DNA of 64,000 nt from Lama glama (Eukaryota): contig CM052828.1 in the NCBI GenBank assembly GCA_028534125.1, forward strand, positions 4,588,001 through 4,652,000. The letters are read 5' to 3'. The notes under the pieces were generated by a model. That model was not told the DNA's origin. It worked only from the letters and a program-made list of their open reading frames with translations, and searched no databases. This document shows, piece by piece, positions 62,613 through 64,000 of the stretch; the stretch's first letter is position 1, and every line of letters starts with the position of its first letter. The position numbers and the translations under genes are program-made.

Positions 62613-63444
62613 AACGGTCTGCAATACTGAATGCTAGTCAGTTGGTGTGGTGGCTAAAATTCATACGTTAGCATTCCCGTATGAGTACGCTGAACGAACA
62701 AATGAATTCTCCCACCTCCACTTCCCCCAGTACAGGCTTTTAAGGAAGCAACCTAGGGACTCAGCCTGCGCCTCCCAGGTTATCACAGCAGCACTGGAAA
62801 ATCTGAGACTTTTGCAACATTTGGCACCTGCACTTCAGATGACCCTCAGGCCTTTTGAAAGACTGGCCTAAGTGTACTGAATGCAACCTCTCTTCTGAGA
62901 GGGCCGCCCAGCCCTGCCTCCCTGGGTGCGAGCTGTAGGACTGAGCACTTACTTCCAAAGCAGAGGGACCGCCTCAAGCCGCGCCCCAGCGACGTCCCGC
63001 TTCCAGTCGGGATGGGGAGAAATATCTGTCTCGGGCTGCGACCTGTTCTTTCACCACCGCAGAGGCCGACGGAGCCACGGCCATCAGCTGAGCCTTCTCC
63101 AGCCGCTGCCAAGGCCGGCCTGCGCCTCCTTCTCTCTGACGGAGCCCCGACAGCCACTTGCTGGCACTTCTCCTCGTGGGGCCTCGGAACCTTACTCCCC
63201 TCCCAGTCCATCCTTGGCTTTTTCCAGCTCATTCTTGGGGCAGCCGCGAGCTGCAAGCATCCCATTCACTCAACGGTCTCTGTTTTATCTCTGAGTTCCC
63301 CAAATGCTGCCCTCGGTTAGCTGGACGTCCCCTGGCCTGGGACTTGCCAGCCTCTGCTTACATGTTTGTGCACTCTAGCTGTTCTGTAAGGCCCTTCACA
63401 CATCTATCTCTCTGGGATCTGAGTTCAGCCTTTATAAATGAGCA

Positions 63445-63660
63445 AATGAGATGTCTAGAGTAGTCAAACTCATAGAGACAGAAAGTAGAGTGGGGGTTGC
63501 CAGGGGCTGACGGGAGGGGGATGGAGAGCCGTTTAATGGGAGGTTCAGTTTTACAAGATGAAAAACTTTTGGAGATTGGCTGCACACCAGTGTGAATGTA
63601 TTTAACACTCCTAACATGCACACTTAAATCTGGTAATTTTTTTACCACAATGTAAAAAAG
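63445..63660 (+). mobile_element. L1MB-like 3' end
   Basis: TAGAGTAGTCAAACTCATAGAGACAGAAAGTAGA...GGTTGCCAGGGGCTG...TGTGAATGTATTTAACAC. Confidence 0.82.
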
Positions 63661-63689
63661 GAAAGACAATTAGATACTGCATTCTTCCC

Positions 63690-64000
63690 GAGGAAGAACA
63701 TACCATCACCTGTGAAATAGTCTTGTCAAAAAATTCAAACCAGTTTAAATCTGCTCAAGACTCTGGACTTAACTACCAATTTACAGAAAATGCAGAAACA
63801 GAGGCAGATGTTAAGCAACGTCACATGGAAACAATCAGCAAAACCCAGTCTGTTGGAAACTCTACCGGAAAAACAGGGTTTCTTCATTAAAAAAAATTGC
63901 AAAAAAAAAAAAAAAAAGTAGGCGGAGGAGAAAATCGCAGAGTTAAAGAGTTTCAAAAATCAATTGCTATGCTTGGTGTTATTTGGATGCTGATTCAAAT
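63690..64000 (+). mobile_element. L1MC4/L1ME-like 3' region
   Basis: CTACCAATTTACAGAAAATGCAG, GAAACAATCAGCAAAACCCAG, TTATTTGGATGCTGATTCAAA. Confidence 0.65.

Overview
This is mammalian genomic DNA, almost certainly camelid (alpaca, llama or camel): it carries nine copies of the tylopod tRNA-derived SINE (vic-1 type) and many short L1 3' ends. The only host protein-coding sequence is exon 1 of FLT1 (VEGFR1) on the minus strand (CDS 7096-7033, signal peptide MVSCWDTGVLLCALLGGLLFT-G, GT donor at 7032). Its CpG-island promoter is intact (TATA, ETS, CRE). Bases 1-7032 are FLT1 intron 1, and 7414-64000 is about 56 kb of upstream intergenic DNA. That region holds an orphan CpG island (~22.6-24.1 kb), an RPL29 processed pseudogene with an internal ~290-bp hexamer expansion (38.7-39.55 kb), L1/L2/L3/MIR/MER/LTR remnants, microsatellites and five N gaps. 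Nearly all ORFs in the supplied track are spurious. I see no new multi-gene system. The best leads are regulatory or evolutionary: (1) the orthologous FLT1 hypoxia-response element appears to have lost its ACGTG core; (2) L1 orientation is strongly biased while SINE orientation is not, hinting at unannotated minus-strand transcription upstream of FLT1; (3) the orphan CpG island carries a GATA/FOX/SOX motif cluster; (4) the RPL29 retrocopy has a re-opened 223-codon ORF. Comparisons to human sequence and repeat family names come from memory and need alignment/RepeatMasker confirmation.
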